Positions 19,350 through 29,227 are shown, counted from the first letter of the stretch. The stretch: DNA of 64,000 nucleotides from an uncultured Candidatus Bathyarchaeia archaeon (GCA_964556565.1 CAZKWF010000001.1:33035-97034), one strand, 5' to 3'. Made by a program: numbers and translations. The notes: generated by a model not told the origin, from the sequence alone.

Positions 19350-19667
19350 TTAGATGACATCTTCCAACTCGAAAGCCATGAACTCATCTGCATCTGGGTA
19401 AAGCTCTCTCGTTGCCTTAACAGCCTTAAACACAGTCGAGGCTTCAGGAAATATTCGCTTGTAGTTTACATCTTTAAAGATTCTCGCTAGTGATCCCCTA
19501 TGAACCCTCGTGATCCTCTTTCTTAGAAGAGCTTTTCCACATTGAATAGTAGCTATGTCTCCTGCCTTGCTGTTTTTCCATTGAGGCTTGACTGCTCTCA
19601 AATCCACATCTCTCTTGCCCAATCTGCACGAGTCAAAAGCTTCTTTCTTAACCATGAACAAGGGCAT
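19350..19667 (-). CDS. ASCH/PUA-like small beta-barrel protein (tentative)
   Basis: 105 aa. The pattern ...FD..RLGKRDVDLR...KAGDIATI....LLRKRITRV resembles ASCH-type domains. Confidence 0.4.
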   Translation of the reverse strand: MPLFMVKKEAFDSCRLGKRDVDLRAVKPQWKNSKAGDIATIQCGKALLRKRITRVHRGSLARIFKDVNYKRIFPEASTVFKAVKATRELYPDADEFMAFELEDVI

Positions 19668-20130
19668 AACATCACAATTTTCATTATAGCGTTCACTCTT
19701 TGAAAGTCTTGTGCATCATTCGAATATCTTAGGAAATAGTTCATCAAGAAGTTCAATTGAACTTGTGCAGGAAGTAACTACCTTAGGGGCAGAAATTGAA
19801 TATGTATAGTTACTCACACGCTTACCATTCATAACAAGCATGAGTTATGGGATCCTAAAATGGGAACAAGCACATCAAGCAGATGGACTTCTATCATTGC
19901 TGGACTGGTCATAAATTGCCATCTAATATTTCTCTAGCAAGCTGTGATAGAGCTTGCTCCCTATATTTCTCTCATTCTGGCTTACTGAATGCCAAATCCT
20001 CCCATTCAAAACCGTTTAGGTGGTGGCGGGCAATTTGTTCTTGAGTTCGGTGGAGGAACTCGCAGTTAAGGACTACACGCGTTTACAACATCACATGAAA
20101 ACCGCATCGTCTAATACAGACGCCGTCGAT

Positions 20131-20180
20131 TCCCATCTTTTCGTATCTTTTCCTATCTTTTGCTATCTATTCCTATCGTG
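20131..20180 (+). promoter_or_regulatory. Five 10-bp-periodic repeats (TATCTTTTCC-like) upstream of the psmB/aCPSF1 promoter module
   Basis: tcccatcttt/tcgtatcttt/tcctatcttt/tgctatctat/tcctatcgtg. Homologous to the reverse complement of 36314-36360. Confidence 0.6.
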
Positions 20181-20242
20181 ATATAAACCGTTTTCAAGCT
20201 TAGCTTCAAAAAACCAATCAGAAACAAGCTTTGTGAAAAACT

Positions 20243-20276
20243 AAAAAAATATAGGGGGGGTCTATAAGAGAGAGAC
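20243..20276 (+). promoter_or_regulatory. Promoter/leader module copy (AAAAAAATATA, G7, TCTATAAGAGAGAGAC)
   Basis: Same architecture as the copies at 5055, 36173, 36229 and 56481. Followed by a G-poor leader, GCAAACAACCAAGCAAAAAACACACACAG... Confidence 0.6.
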
Positions 20277-20466
20277 TAGTGCAAACAACCAAGCAAAAAA
20301 CACACACAGAAAACACATCTATTCTCAACAAGTCAGCTTCTCACAAACCACCACAAAAACAAGAAAAATAACGTAAAGTTTTTATGCAAACACACCATGA
20401 ATACATCTCTCTCACTTCTCCCGAGAAAATCTCTTGGGGAAATAGATTATCTAGGAGGAACAACAA

Positions 20467-21111
20467 ACGCATCAAAACCCAGATCACCCAACACTAAAAG
20501 GAACAACAACAATAGGAGTAATCTGCAAAGACGGAGTCATCCTAGCCTCAGACACCCGCGTAACAATGGGATACTTCGTAGCCCACAAAAAAGGAAAAAA
20601 AGTATACAAAATCGACAACCACCTAGCAATGACCATCTCAGGAAGCGTCGCCGATGCACAACGAACAGTAGACATCCTCAAAGCAAACGCACAACTATAC
20701 AAACTAAACACCAAACGCCCAATACCAGTAAACTCAGCAGCCAGACTCATCGCAAACCTTCTGTTCTCAGCCCGCCTAGCCCCACTGATAGCTCAAGTTC
20801 TCGTCGGAGGCATCGATGACACAGGACCACACATATTTTCGTTAGATCCCTTCGGCAGCCTCACCGAAGAAAAATGCGTCGCCACCGGTTCAGGCTCGCC
20901 CATAGCCTACGGAGTACTGGAAGACAAATACAAAGAAAATATGATAATCAAGGATCTCCTATCTGTAGTCGTGCGCGCCGTTGACTCAGCTATGAAAAGA
21001 GACGCTGCAAGTGGAGATAACTTTGACGTAGCAATCATAGACAAGAAAGGATTTCACGAATTAAACGATGAAGAAAAAGGAAACATTCTAGGAGGCTCTG
21101 AGGAGCGATAA
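20467..21111 (+). CDS. psmB: Proteasome subunit beta; 5' end unresolved
   Basis: The frame encodes ...HPTLKG/TTTIGVICKDGVILASDTRVT, with the catalytic Thr1 codon at 20503-20505, upstream of the track ATG (20566). No ATG, GTG or TTG lies between the TAG at 20452 and Thr1. AGGAGG (20453-20458) sits 8 nt before ACG 20467. Confidence 0.8.
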   Translation, partial: THQNPDHPTLKGTTTIGVICKDGVILASDTRVTMGYFVAHKKGKKVYKIDNHLAMTISGSVADAQRTVDILKANAQLYKLNTKRPIPVNSAARLIANLLFSARLAPLIAQVLVGGIDDTGPHIFSLDPFGSLTEEKCVATGSGSPIAYGVLEDKYKENMIIKDLLSVVVRAVDSAMKRDAASGDNFDVAIIDKKGFHELNDEEKGNILGGSEER

Positions 21112-21117
21112 AACAGC

Positions 21118-23034
21118 GTGACAGCACTCGACAAAACAAAAGTAGAAATCAGTCAATCAATACTAGAACGTGTTCCTAAAGAGGCAGAAATCACACGAAT
21201 AGAATTCGAAGGTCCAGCTCTAGCCGTTTATACAAAAAAGCCAGAAGTTCTCATCGAGCAAAGTTACGTAATCGCAGACATCGTCAACCTGATCAGAAAA
21301 CGAATCGTTGTACGTTCTGACCCCTCGGTAAGACTGCCTGAGAAGGACACAGAAAAAATCATACAGAAAGTAGTTCCTCCAGAAGCACAAATTTCAGGAA
21401 TGAGTTTTGATCCCAGCCTAGGCGAGGTTATCATCGAAGCCGAAAAACCCGGCTTGGTCATTGGAAAAAACGGGGTTATCCTACAAGAGATCATAAAACA
21501 GTCACGATGGAGGCCCCGCGTTCTAAGGAGCCCTCCAATACCATCTAAAATCATGGCCCACATGCGACATTATCTCCACACTGAAAGCAAGGAACGAGAA
21601 AGAATACTCCGTACAGTGGGCGAAAGGATTTTCAGACCAACAGTTTACGGAGTCGGAGACATCCGAATCTCTGCGTTAGGTGGCTTTCAACAGGTGGGAA
21701 GGTCTGCCATCCTTGTACAAACAAGAGAAAGTCAAGTCCTACTGGATTGTGGCATAAACCCGGGCTCCTCGAATTCGCTCTTAATTTTCCCAAGACTCGA
21801 TGCACCTCAGTTTGATTTAGACACGTTAGACGCTGTTGTAATAAGTCATTCACATCTAGATCACTGCGGCTTCCTTCCATTTCTTTTTAAATATGGGTAT
21901 GATGGTCCGGTTTATTGTTCAGCCCCCACGTCAAATCTGATGACTTTGCTTCAATTAGATTATCTTGACGTAGCGAGTAAACAAGGGGTGATGCCGCCAT
22001 ACGATCAAAGAGATGTGCGGTCAACCGTGTTACACACCATCCCCCTGCGATACGGCGCCGTGACTGACATAGCCCCAGATGTTCGTTTAACCCTTCATAA
22101 CGCTGGACACATTTTGGGTTCATCGATCGTTCATTTGCATGTTGGAGAAGGTTTGCATAACATCGTCTACACTGGCGATTATAAATACGGGAAAACGATG
22201 CTTCTTGAACCTGCGGTCGCAGAGTTTCCCAGAGTAGAGACCATAATAACTGAAAGCACGTATGGAGCTCCGCAAGATGTAATGCCATCTAGAGTTGAAG
22301 TTGAAGAAAAACTTACGGCGGTCATAAATGGCACTTTAGATAGGAGAGGCAAAGTTTTAATCCCAGTTCCAGCTGTCGGCAGAGCTCAGGAGATTATGCT
22401 GGTCATTGATGGGTATATGCGCCGAGGACTGATGAGGGAAACGCCCGTGTTTATTGAGGGTATGATTTCTGAGGCTACTGCTATTCACACAGCTTATCCA
22501 GAGTATTTAGAAAGGGAAGTGCGAAACAGCATTTTGCATGAGGGAGTTAATCCGTTTCAATCGGATTATTTCACGATTGTGGAGCACCCCAGTGCCCGAG
22601 AAGAAATTGTGGATGGAGATCAATGTATTATCATAGCAACTTCTGGCATGCTTGAGGGTGGGCCGGTGATAGATTACTTTAAGCGTTTGGCATCAGATGA
22701 ACGCAATACGATAATTTTTGTGAGTTATCAAATTGAGGGGACACGAGGGAGTAGGGTGCAAAAGGGTTTGGCAGAAACGCCTATAATAAATAGTGAGGGA
22801 AAAATTGAAGTTATAAAATCGAATATGAAGGCTGAAACTATTAATGGGTTTTCTGGGCATTCTGATAGGAGGCAGATTATTAATTATATTCGCCGAGTTA
22901 TGCCGAAACCTGAGAGAATAATTGTGTGTCATGGTGAGAGCGCAAAATGTTTGGGTTTAGCGAACTTTTTGCGGAGAAGGTATAATGTTGAAACGTTAGT
23001 GCCAGAGGTTTTGGAGACTGTTAAGCTGCGGTAG
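21118..23034 (+). CDS. aCPSF1/FttA-type beta-CASP ribonuclease (2x KH + metallo-beta-lactamase + beta-CASP)
   Basis: 638 aa with a GTG start. N-terminal KH repeats, HSHLDHCG motif and a beta-CASP C-terminal region. Confidence 0.9.
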   Translation: MTALDKTKVEISQSILERVPKEAEITRIEFEGPALAVYTKKPEVLIEQSYVIADIVNLIRKRIVVRSDPSVRLPEKDTEKIIQKVVPPEAQISGMSFDPSLGEVIIEAEKPGLVIGKNGVILQEIIKQSRWRPRVLRSPPIPSKIMAHMRHYLHTESKERERILRTVGERIFRPTVYGVGDIRISALGGFQQVGRSAILVQTRESQVLLDCGINPGSSNSLLIFPRLDAPQFDLDTLDAVVISHSHLDHCGFLPFLFKYGYDGPVYCSAPTSNLMTLLQLDYLDVASKQGVMPPYDQRDVRSTVLHTIPLRYGAVTDIAPDVRLTLHNAGHILGSSIVHLHVGEGLHNIVYTGDYKYGKTMLLEPAVAEFPRVETIITESTYGAPQDVMPSRVEVEEKLTAVINGTLDRRGKVLIPVPAVGRAQEIMLVIDGYMRRGLMRETPVFIEGMISEATAIHTAYPEYLEREVRNSILHEGVNPFQSDYFTIVEHPSAREEIVDGDQCIIIATSGMLEGGPVIDYFKRLASDERNTIIFVSYQIEGTRGSRVQKGLAETPIINSEGKIEVIKSNMKAETINGFSGHSDRRQIINYIRRVMPKPERIIVCHGESAKCLGLANFLRRRYNVETLVPEVLETVKLR

Positions 23035-23401
23035 GTGTTTCCTCTCCAGAGATAGTAGTTTTTTCTCGCCATATTCGAACGAAGGAGGGCGTGATGACGA
23101 CGCGTTCTTCGCCTAGTCGGGCTATGTCTCCTCCTACTGATTCGGTGAATTTGCATAGTTCGTTTACTGCGTGTTTGATGTCTTCGATGCTTTTTTTTGC
23201 GAGTGGGCTGACTCTTAGGATGAGGATGTTTCCTGATTTGACTTCGCGTTTGATTGTGTCTATGTCGTTGAGGTTGCGCAAAGGTAGAGCTCTTAGGTAA
23301 ACTTTGGCGGGGAGATTGGTGGAAGGAGTTTGTTCGGTTAGTTTTTCGGTTCTTTTGATTCTGTCGACGAATCTGTCTATTGCTTTTCCAAAACTTGACA
23401 A
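23021..23401 (-). CDS. sepF: SepF-like cell-division protein (DUF552)
   Basis: 126 aa with a TTG start after GAGGAG. Core LRNLNDIDTIKREVKSGNILILRVSPLAKKSIEDIKHAVNEL...GGDIARLGEERVVITP. Its 3' end overlaps the aCPSF1 gene's by 14 bp, convergently. Confidence 0.75.
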   Translation of the reverse strand: MSSFGKAIDRFVDRIKRTEKLTEQTPSTNLPAKVYLRALPLRNLNDIDTIKREVKSGNILILRVSPLAKKSIEDIKHAVNELCKFTESVGGDIARLGEERVVITPSFVRIWREKTTISGEETPTAA

Positions 23402-23498
23402 GTCTATCTCCTCATGTAGTTTGGTTGTGGCTTGAAGTTTAAATTTTTCCTTTTTTTGGTGCTTAAATATGTGCGTGTGTTTGTTTCGTTATTTGCAT

Positions 23499-23540
23499 AT
23501 CTCTCTCTTTCTAGACCCCCCTACCTAGGGGGGTGGTTGC
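23499..23540 (-). promoter_or_regulatory. Promoter/leader module copy, palindromic subtype
   Basis: atctctctctttctagacccccctacctaggggggtggttgc. The CT-tract lies 99 nt from the sepF start. Confidence 0.55.
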
Positions 23541-23704
23541 TTTATCAGATTTGCTTTTGTGTCTCGGTCCTCTCTCTAAGCGTTGTGGATGTTCTGTCTA
23601 GGTAGTGATTCACGTGAGATTCGCATTATAATGTGGGCTTTTGCGATGTGGAATGCTAGTTCAGTGATAACGTGTAGTCTGCGATCTGAAGAGTTTGTGG
23701 AGTT

Positions 23705-24160
23705 TTAGGCTTGTTGTTCTCCGAAAATGAACTCGCAGTGTTCGTCTCCTTTTCCAGCGCATTTTTCTTCGGTTACGATTATTGTTTTCTTCAAGAGTTC
23801 TGAGAGAAAACCTGCTATGAAGCCTCTGAAGAAGTGGCAACTTGGCTGATTTGTTTTACGAGTCATTGCCTCAAACGAGTCGTCTATTATGATTCGTCCG
23901 GACCCGTTTTTGAAGTCAACTTTTTGGAAAGACATTTTTCCCCAGTTCTCTTTCTTTTTTAACGAGGAGAGATAGTTGAGTGCCTCTTCTTTTTTGTTAA
24001 ATTCTTTTTTCTTTTTTTGGTGTAAATGTACGCCGCATTTTATTGCTGCTGTATATAGTATCACTGAAGCTGCAGAAGGAGAGAAAATCAGTTCTAGAGC
24101 ATTTTCCATTTGGCCGAACGTTTCGAACTGAAATGTGAAGCTTCCTTCTCTTGCTTTCAA
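23705..24160 (-). CDS. V4R-domain protein
   Basis: 151 aa. C-terminal CHFFRGFIAGFLSELL...EEKCAGKGDEHCEF is typical of V4R domains. Confidence 0.7.
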   Translation of the reverse strand: MKAREGSFTFQFETFGQMENALELIFSPSAASVILYTAAIKCGVHLHQKKKKEFNKKEEALNYLSSLKKKENWGKMSFQKVDFKNGSGRIIIDDSFEAMTRKTNQPSCHFFRGFIAGFLSELLKKTIIVTEEKCAGKGDEHCEFIFGEQQA

Positions 24161-24417
24161 ATTACATGTTCACCTTTGCGTTTGCCAATCTGAGGTTATG
24201 ATTAATGCTATATACGTATATAATTTTCGAGAATAAACAAGATTGCTTGATTCTGAATTCGATTTTGTCTTATGCGTTTAGGTATTGACGGAATAACTGT
24301 GAAATCCTTATCCTGACCATCAGCTGAACTGCTTTCTAGCTTCTGATGATTTTCATCTATTGAATTCTTCTTGAAAGCAAAAATTTTTTAATTTCAGTTT
24401 AGACTAAGCAAGTTGCT

Positions 24418-26235
24418 GTGATGAAAATGGATCTCTTTGAGAAGATCAAACTGATAATCGAAACACAGGGCTACATCCCATTTGATATTGGGAATGCGAA
24501 GAAATTGTTTACTGGGCCTTTTCTGACGCCAAATAATGCTTTTATCTTGCATCTAACATCTTTGGAAAATCCGAATGATCATAGTCCTGTTCTTCCAGAA
24601 AATGCCTACACTGCTGACGCCAAATTTTCTCCGGATGACTCTTGGATTGCGATTCCTGTTGACTACACTGGAAAAGAAGAAAGTGCACTGTATCGGTTAT
24701 CTACGACAAATCCTGAACGTCCAATACCTATGGAACGTCTTAGCAAAATTGCGGGTAGACATTTGGGTTTTGACTGGAGTCCCGATGGGAAGAAAATTGT
24801 TTGGGGATTTTCTAAACAGAAGAAAAATCATGTTGCAATTCAAAAGAACGAAGCTGAAACAGATGAACATTCTTTATGGAAAGGGGATGAGACGGTTCAA
24901 GCTTTTCACTGGAAACATCCCAATTTTTTGAAGTTCACTCGAATAAATGGTAAAACCAATGAATTCGATGAAATAATAATGAATCCCAACTCAGGCGAGA
25001 TTATTCGGACCATTCCAGTCGTCAGTTCTTTTATTTTTGATGGTTCATGGCATCCCCAGAAACCGATTATTCCGTTTCTGAATAGAGAAGATGGCAAATT
25101 AACAGTGTTAGATGTGGATTCCGGTGAAAAAATAGCCCTGCCACAGCCAGAGGGCGAAATAGAGAAAATTGTTTGGAGTATTGATGGCAATACTCTCTAT
25201 TTGTCTTCAACAAAGGATGCACGAGACAAAGTTTATTCAATTGATTTTGATTCACTAGAGCTGAATCCTCTTCCATTGCCACAGGGGATTAACAAAATTG
25301 GTAAAATACGAAAAATAGACAATGAAGAAATTCTGTTTTTTGCACATGCGGATGCAACTACACGTATGAATTTGTGGAAGTTCGACTTGGGGTCACATAA
25401 TGTTGAACAGTTAACAAGGAAGCGCTCTCCCAAAATCGGAACAGATGAGTTCCCTTTGGTCAATTCAATCAGTGAACACTGGAACTCGAAAGATGGACTT
25501 GGAATCCACGGCTTTGTTATGGTTCCTCAGTCTCCACCGCCTGTAGAAGGATACCCTGCCATTGTTTTTGTTCATGGTGGGCCTACAGGACAAGACGTAG
25601 ACTCTTTTGTAGGGACATATCAAATTTTGGTACAGGAAGGCTTTGTTGTCTTTCGTCCTAATTTTCGTGGTTCAACAGGGTATGGTGTGGCTTTTCAGAG
25701 AGCCAACTATAGAGAGATAGGGAATGCAGATTTAGTGGACATAGTGAGTGGGGTCGAAATGTTAATCGAAAAATACCGAGTGAATCCGAAGAAGGTGGCT
25801 ATAACTGGAGGGTCATATGGCGGGTATATGACTTTACGAGCTCTAACTAAACCAGAGATATTCGAGTTTGCTACAGGTTGGGCAACGGCAGCTATTTCAG
25901 ATTTTGAATACCTGTGCAATAATAGTGATGCCGTATTCCGTGATTATATTGCTTATCTGTTTGGTCCAATAGAAGAGAGTCGTTCACTCTTGAAAGAGGC
26001 CTCACCCATGACAGACTGGGAAAAAGTTAGAAAGCCTTTAGGAATAGTTCAGTTTGCTAATGACACTAGGACTCCACTGAAACCAGTATGGGATTTTGCA
26101 AACAAGCTTGTTGAAAGAGGCGACCATGTTGAATTCCATGTTGAACCAGCGATGGGACATGCTAACATACCTAAGGGATACTTAATTCGTTCAGTTGCTC
26201 GGCAGATCCAGTTTTTTCAAAAAGTAATGAAATGA
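24418..26235 (+). CDS. S9-family serine peptidase (acylaminoacyl-peptidase/prolyl oligopeptidase type)
   Basis: 605 aa. Beta-propeller N-terminal half, with an alpha/beta hydrolase C-terminal half carrying the nucleophile elbow GGSYGGYM. Confidence 0.85.
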   Translation: MMKMDLFEKIKLIIETQGYIPFDIGNAKKLFTGPFLTPNNAFILHLTSLENPNDHSPVLPENAYTADAKFSPDDSWIAIPVDYTGKEESALYRLSTTNPERPIPMERLSKIAGRHLGFDWSPDGKKIVWGFSKQKKNHVAIQKNEAETDEHSLWKGDETVQAFHWKHPNFLKFTRINGKTNEFDEIIMNPNSGEIIRTIPVVSSFIFDGSWHPQKPIIPFLNREDGKLTVLDVDSGEKIALPQPEGEIEKIVWSIDGNTLYLSSTKDARDKVYSIDFDSLELNPLPLPQGINKIGKIRKIDNEEILFFAHADATTRMNLWKFDLGSHNVEQLTRKRSPKIGTDEFPLVNSISEHWNSKDGLGIHGFVMVPQSPPPVEGYPAIVFVHGGPTGQDVDSFVGTYQILVQEGFVVFRPNFRGSTGYGVAFQRANYREIGNADLVDIVSGVEMLIEKYRVNPKKVAITGGSYGGYMTLRALTKPEIFEFATGWATAAISDFEYLCNNSDAVFRDYIAYLFGPIEESRSLLKEASPMTDWEKVRKPLGIVQFANDTRTPLKPVWDFANKLVERGDHVEFHVEPAMGHANIPKGYLIRSVARQIQFFQKVMK

Positions 26236-26375
26236 TTCTTCCAAAGTTTTGAACTAACCCTCTTGTCTTTCCGTCAATAATACTCGCGTTCGTCATGCAC
26301 GTATATTTGTGTTTGGGATTAAAGTTTAAATCTTTATAAGCACAATCAAATGGTGGAAAAAGGAAGGAAAACTGC

Positions 26376-27062
26376 ATGGTTACGGCTGGAAAGGTCTTTA
26401 AGCTTGTTGAACCCGCGCCGTTGTCTGATCTGGCGTCTAGGCTTAGTGGCTACAAAAGGGAGGAACCTTACGAAGAAGGCGACTACAAGTTCACGTTAAT
26501 CACGGAAATTGTACGTCTTACGCCTCGTGGTAACACTCTCACAGGTGTATATTCCCATGATTATGTCACTCAGGCGTTTCATCGAGGGAAAACCATTCCG
26601 CTTCCGCGAACTGTTGAGGCGTTATTCAGTTTTGCACAACGTGGAGACCGAGCGTTTTTGACTGTTGTTGAAAGAAAGAAAATAGCTAATTCTATCGCCA
26701 ACAAACTCAGTGATACAATCTATGAAAAGGTTGGGCACATATTGGAAGCACGAATACCTCCAGAAAGTCTTCGAGATTTCCACACGCAAAATCCTGAGGA
26801 TACAAAGATCACTTTTTTCGACAACGTGGACATTCCTAATATAAATAAGCTTTCTTTGTATGGGCCAGACTTGGTGGGCACTACGCTTTTTGAGGATTAT
26901 GGGAAGCACGGCGACCTGTGGTACGTTGTGGCAAGGTCTAAAGAATATGGATACGTGGTTGGGGTGACGCGGGATGCCTCGGTTACGATATTCAATGTCA
27001 CTGACAAAGACAAGTATCTAGAGTATGTTGCGAAGGAAATTTATCCACTAATTTTGGTTTGA
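26376..27062 (+). CDS. Hypothetical protein
   Basis: 228-aa ORF with ordinary composition and no recognisable motif. Confidence 0.5.
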   Translation: MVTAGKVFKLVEPAPLSDLASRLSGYKREEPYEEGDYKFTLITEIVRLTPRGNTLTGVYSHDYVTQAFHRGKTIPLPRTVEALFSFAQRGDRAFLTVVERKKIANSIANKLSDTIYEKVGHILEARIPPESLRDFHTQNPEDTKITFFDNVDIPNINKLSLYGPDLVGTTLFEDYGKHGDLWYVVARSKEYGYVVGVTRDASVTIFNVTDKDKYLEYVAKEIYPLILV

Positions 27063-27069
27063 TACCAGC

Positions 27070-27080
27070 TGCATGCATGC
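27070..27080. repeat. ATGCATGCAT-family palindrome
   Basis: tgcatgcatgc, between the convergent stops at 27062 and 27085. Confidence 0.7.
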
Positions 27081-27084
27081 GATT

Positions 27085-28248
27085 CTATTGTGTAACAGAG
27101 TGATACCAATTGATTATGTATTCTGGCAGGTTTAGTCCTCTTTCACTCAGTCTTTCAGCAAGTTTCACGGGTAATGGGCTTAGGACGTATGCTGCTCGCA
27201 TATAAAACCTCCTAGGTTGACCTAACTTCACAGTTTCTTCTAGGGCTATTTGGAAGTCTGACTTCTCGGCTAAAGTTGACTTTCTTGTCCCCGTGATTGA
27301 CAGAACCATTCCGTTCAGTTTTTTGAAGACATCACACCAGTTGATGACAGGTTTTGTTTCTCCGGAAAACGACACCAAGATCTCAAAGTCTCCGGCTCTA
27401 GGATGTGGTGTGTTCACCCCCCGGGCTATGTATACGTTGTCTCCCAAAAAGCCCTTGATGTGAAAAAGCCTTATGGCAACCATCTTAATGATCTCGTTTG
27501 CCGTGCCTCGCCCCCCAAGAAAAACGTTGGTCCGCTTTTCCATCATATCAACAAGGTGTGCATAGGTTTCCGACTCCAAATTCGAGTCGATCATGGGTCC
27601 TAGCTTTGTGAATTCCTCTTCACAAAGTTGAAACACTCCATCCAATTTGAGGTTTCGGAAGATCGCTTCGGTCATCATACACAAAAGGAATAGGCTACCA
27701 AGTTCGAACACATCGCCCATAATACCTATCTCGCTGTATTCCAAGGAAGGCTTCGAGCTTCGTCGCCCTTTCAATTTGGCGACATGCCCGTGTTCACGAA
27801 CTATTTTGGCTAATGGTGAGTTCGTGTTAGAGGTTATAAGTCCCATAGAAAATTTCGACGTCTTCTTGTCTTCGATATATCTTGCCAAGTCTTGCGCCAT
27901 TGTCACGGAGTCTCCGGAGAGGCCGCTTCCAGAGTTGATTAATAGCAAGATCTTTTTGTATCTTCTTTCAAGTTCGGCTGCCGCATCGTACATGTTTTTC
28001 CCAGGAAAACCTGGGTCGTCGGGGGTCAACACCACTTTGTTTCTCCAGCCTATCTGGCTCATTGCAATTTGGCTCATTGCAGCGTTCAGGGAATATAATG
28101 ATCTTCCAGATCCGCCACAGACTACGCAGTTTGCAGATTTTAAGTTCTCATAAAGTGGTAACAGTTTTTTTCTTTTTATGGCAAGAATGTTATCTTGTAT
28201 CCTATTAACGTATCCTATACGACTAATCTTGCTTCTGATTGTACTCAC
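27085..28248 (-). CDS. Tandem SIS-domain sugar-phosphate-binding protein
   Basis: 387 aa with two SIS-like halves (CVVCGGSGRS...LLLINSGSGLSGDS...LITSNTNSPLA and FLGGRGTANE...LVSFSGETKP...SITGTRKSTLA). Confidence 0.6.
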   Translation of the reverse strand: MSTIRSKISRIGYVNRIQDNILAIKRKKLLPLYENLKSANCVVCGGSGRSLYSLNAAMSQIAMSQIGWRNKVVLTPDDPGFPGKNMYDAAAELERRYKKILLLINSGSGLSGDSVTMAQDLARYIEDKKTSKFSMGLITSNTNSPLAKIVREHGHVAKLKGRRSSKPSLEYSEIGIMGDVFELGSLFLLCMMTEAIFRNLKLDGVFQLCEEEFTKLGPMIDSNLESETYAHLVDMMEKRTNVFLGGRGTANEIIKMVAIRLFHIKGFLGDNVYIARGVNTPHPRAGDFEILVSFSGETKPVINWCDVFKKLNGMVLSITGTRKSTLAEKSDFQIALEETVKLGQPRRFYMRAAYVLSPLPVKLAERLSERGLNLPEYIINWYHSVTQ

Positions 28249-28331
28249 ACCTTATTAGAAGAAATGCCTCTAGCAATTTAAATCTTGAACCATTATGCGT
28301 GCATTTGTGTACAAAATAGTGGGCTCTAGGG

Positions 28332-29033
28332 TCATGAATCCGTTGCTTTTCTCAGTGCAGCCATCGCTAGTAACCGCGTAGAATCCAATGTTGGCAGAGG
28401 TGAATCTTCTTGGGTTATGAGAAGAGGTATCTCGGTGCAGCCAAGAACTACGGCGTCACAGCCTCGGTTTTTCAATTGGTCAATAACCTTGGTGAAGTAA
28501 GCACGAGATTTGGTGGTGAACAAGCCCTTAACCAGTTTGTCGAAAATTATCTCGTTAATGTGTCCTTGTTCATTTGTCGTTGGTATCAGGTGGTCAATGT
28601 TCACGGCGGCAAGCTTGGTGGGATAAACTGGGCCTTCCATCAAATAGCATGTGCCCAGTATGCCGAGGCATTTGTAGTTTTTGCGTGCTGCCTCAGCGGC
28701 AACTATTTCAGCAATGTGAAGCCAAGGTAATGTTGATTCCTCGGTGACTTGGTCAAATGCTTGATGGATTGTGTTGTCGGGACATATGATGAAGTCTGCT
28801 CCTGCCTTCGCCACCTTTTCTGCTGACGATAACATCAAATCTGCTACTTGGTCCCAATTGCCTGCTTCGATGTGTCGCATGTATTCGTTAAGGGGATAAG
28901 TGTGCATTGTGATCTCGGGATGTGAGTGTTTTCCCATCTGTTTCATCCCTTCTATGCAGATTGTGCGATAACAGAGGGCGGCTCCTTCTGCGCTGCATGC
29001 GACTATGCCGATGTGCTCAGTCTTTTTCTTCAC
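28332..29033 (-). CDS. Aspartate/glutamate racemase-family protein
   Basis: 233 aa. IGIVACSAEGAALCY and VVLGCTEIPLL match the two catalytic-Cys regions. Confidence 0.8.
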   Translation of the reverse strand: MKKKTEHIGIVACSAEGAALCYRTICIEGMKQMGKHSHPEITMHTYPLNEYMRHIEAGNWDQVADLMLSSAEKVAKAGADFIICPDNTIHQAFDQVTEESTLPWLHIAEIVAAEAARKNYKCLGILGTCYLMEGPVYPTKLAAVNIDHLIPTTNEQGHINEIIFDKLVKGLFTTKSRAYFTKVIDQLKNRGCDAVVLGCTEIPLLITQEDSPLPTLDSTRLLAMAALRKATDS

Positions 29034-29227
29034 TATGTTATAACCCCCACAGTTTTGTCATAGTTTTTGCCTTTTGAAAGCTTTGCTCTTGAACGCCTGA
29101 AACACTGTTTGCTGAATTGGAATGAGCAGGTGACAGCTACATAGAAGATAAGTTTCAACATTCAACTATTGGAAAAAGCCAAGATATATGAATAAATTAT
29201 ATAAACGAATTAGCTTAACCACTCTTC

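Noticed and set aside
20131-20180. I considered the short tandem repeats here, and at 36314-36360, as a possible CRISPR or mini-array.
   Set aside because: The units are 10 bp with no spacers, far too short for CRISPR. I saw no cas genes and no 24-40-bp repeat/spacer periodicity anywhere in the window.
19668-20400. A 730-bp ORF-free, repeat-containing region considered as a replication origin.
   Set aside because: I recognised no ORB/mini-ORB-like inverted repeats flanking an AT-rich unwinding element, and there is no adjacent orc1/cdc6. The repeats have a homolog upstream of the mutase operon, which fits a promoter-associated role better.
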